From Adineta vaga (Eukaryota; Animalia; Rotifera), in contig CP075492.1 of assembly GCA_021613535.1 (NCBI GenBank), positions 558,001 through 622,000 of the forward strand: a DNA stretch of 64,000 nucleotides, read 5' to 3'. This document shows, piece by piece, positions 63,071 to 64,000 of this stretch. Position 1 is the first letter of the stretch; each line of letters opens with the position of its first letter. The notes below the pieces were generated by a model that saw only the letters and a list, made by a program, of their open reading frames with translations, had not been told where the DNA came from and searched no databases. The position numbers were made by a program, and so were the translations under genes.

Positions 63071-64000
63071 TAAGACTTTATTTGAATAAAATAACAATAT
63101 ATTTTGTCTTTTCATTCCACTTCATCTTTTTTTTCTTCTATAATTATTCAATGATATACTAATAATACAACTGTGGTTTTGAATATCAATAGACGAATAT
63201 CTAGTTTGATGATGTGAATGAGTGAATGTCTGAATGAACACTATAATAAGCGAATTAAGCATTATTACCAAATACAATAATTGTTATATGATCTGTTGAA
63301 CCAAAATCGATTCGAATTTTGATAAATTCTTTTACAACAAATATATAATGAAATGATGTTAGAGCATTTGACTGTGTATTATTCTTAATAAATTTCATAT
63401 CATAGTGTTCACATAAATCTCTACCAATTCTACTCCCACACATATGAAGAAGTTTGCTACGTAATTTATGAATATTTCATCTAGTATAATTGAATTGCCA
63501 AAATCCCAAAATCAATATGATCTTTTTTGAAATCTGATCAACTTTTCTTGAATTGATGATCAGTTTGAGATACATGATGGTTATCTTCATCACCTAAATT
63601 TATAATAATGACATACACATATATTAGAATGTAGATGTTGACGAAGATGCTTTGTAAATAATCCATTTCTTTCTGGATTACTTCCATTCTGGCAACTATT
63701 CTTGATACAAGTGCAATTAATGATCCATCATTTATAGACACACCACTTTACTCAGAACTGTGAAGTTTTTTTAATTCATCGATGAAAATATTAATTGCAT
63801 TACGCTCTCTTACGATTCACATTGTGCGAAAGGACAAAATAATTTCAAAATTCCAGTTGAACTACTGTCACGTATCGGTACGGCGCAAAGAAACATTCTA
63901 GTTGTAGATTAAATCACAGATGGTGCCCTGGACTTAATAAAGTTCTAAAAGATATAACGCTTTGCTTCTGTTTAGAAAAGACAATCAGTGCTAAATTTCA

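Noticed and set aside
63255-63830. Possible 3' exons of a minus-strand gene entering from beyond the window
   Set aside because: Splice-like signals are present but no recognisable domain; not supportable.

Overview
AT-rich eukaryotic genomic DNA with short GT-AG introns. The gene families and the dispersed (TGTGGG)n/(TGAGGG)n telomere-like repeats point to a bdelloid rotifer (inferred from family content, not searched). The window looks like a high-turnover accessory region. From the left it holds: a spliced multi-module gene with receiver-like repeats, a NEDD4-type C2 domain and two R-S-E ADP-ribosyltransferase domains; a TPR-patatin gene interrupted by a decayed P-element-like transposon; several pseudogenes (LDLa/EGF-GPCR, U-box, pentapeptide repeat, carboxylesterase, a Cys-rich membrane family); a divergent SDHA; and an intron-containing Penelope/Athena-like RT fragment with a hammerhead core. 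Further right are a pentapeptide gene, a MACPF gene, a fungal-type AAD aldo-keto reductase, an NR1J-like nuclear receptor and an NHL-repeat gene. Several MITEs have clear TIRs and TSDs. Best candidate for an undescribed system: three adjacent genes at 35.3-40.9 kb (PF03407/GT77-like glycosyltransferase, bacterial-type GalE, eukaryotic-type UDP-galactopyranose mutase) that would form a UDP-Glc to UDP-Galp to UDP-Galf to glycan pathway in an animal. Second candidate: a dispersed family of 45-80 bp palindromes of inverted telomere-like repeats, TCTTGAGGGTG(TGGGTG)n-spacer-(CACCCA)nCACCCTCAAGA, found at gene boundaries and gene truncation points. All calls come from reading motifs by eye; no database search was run.
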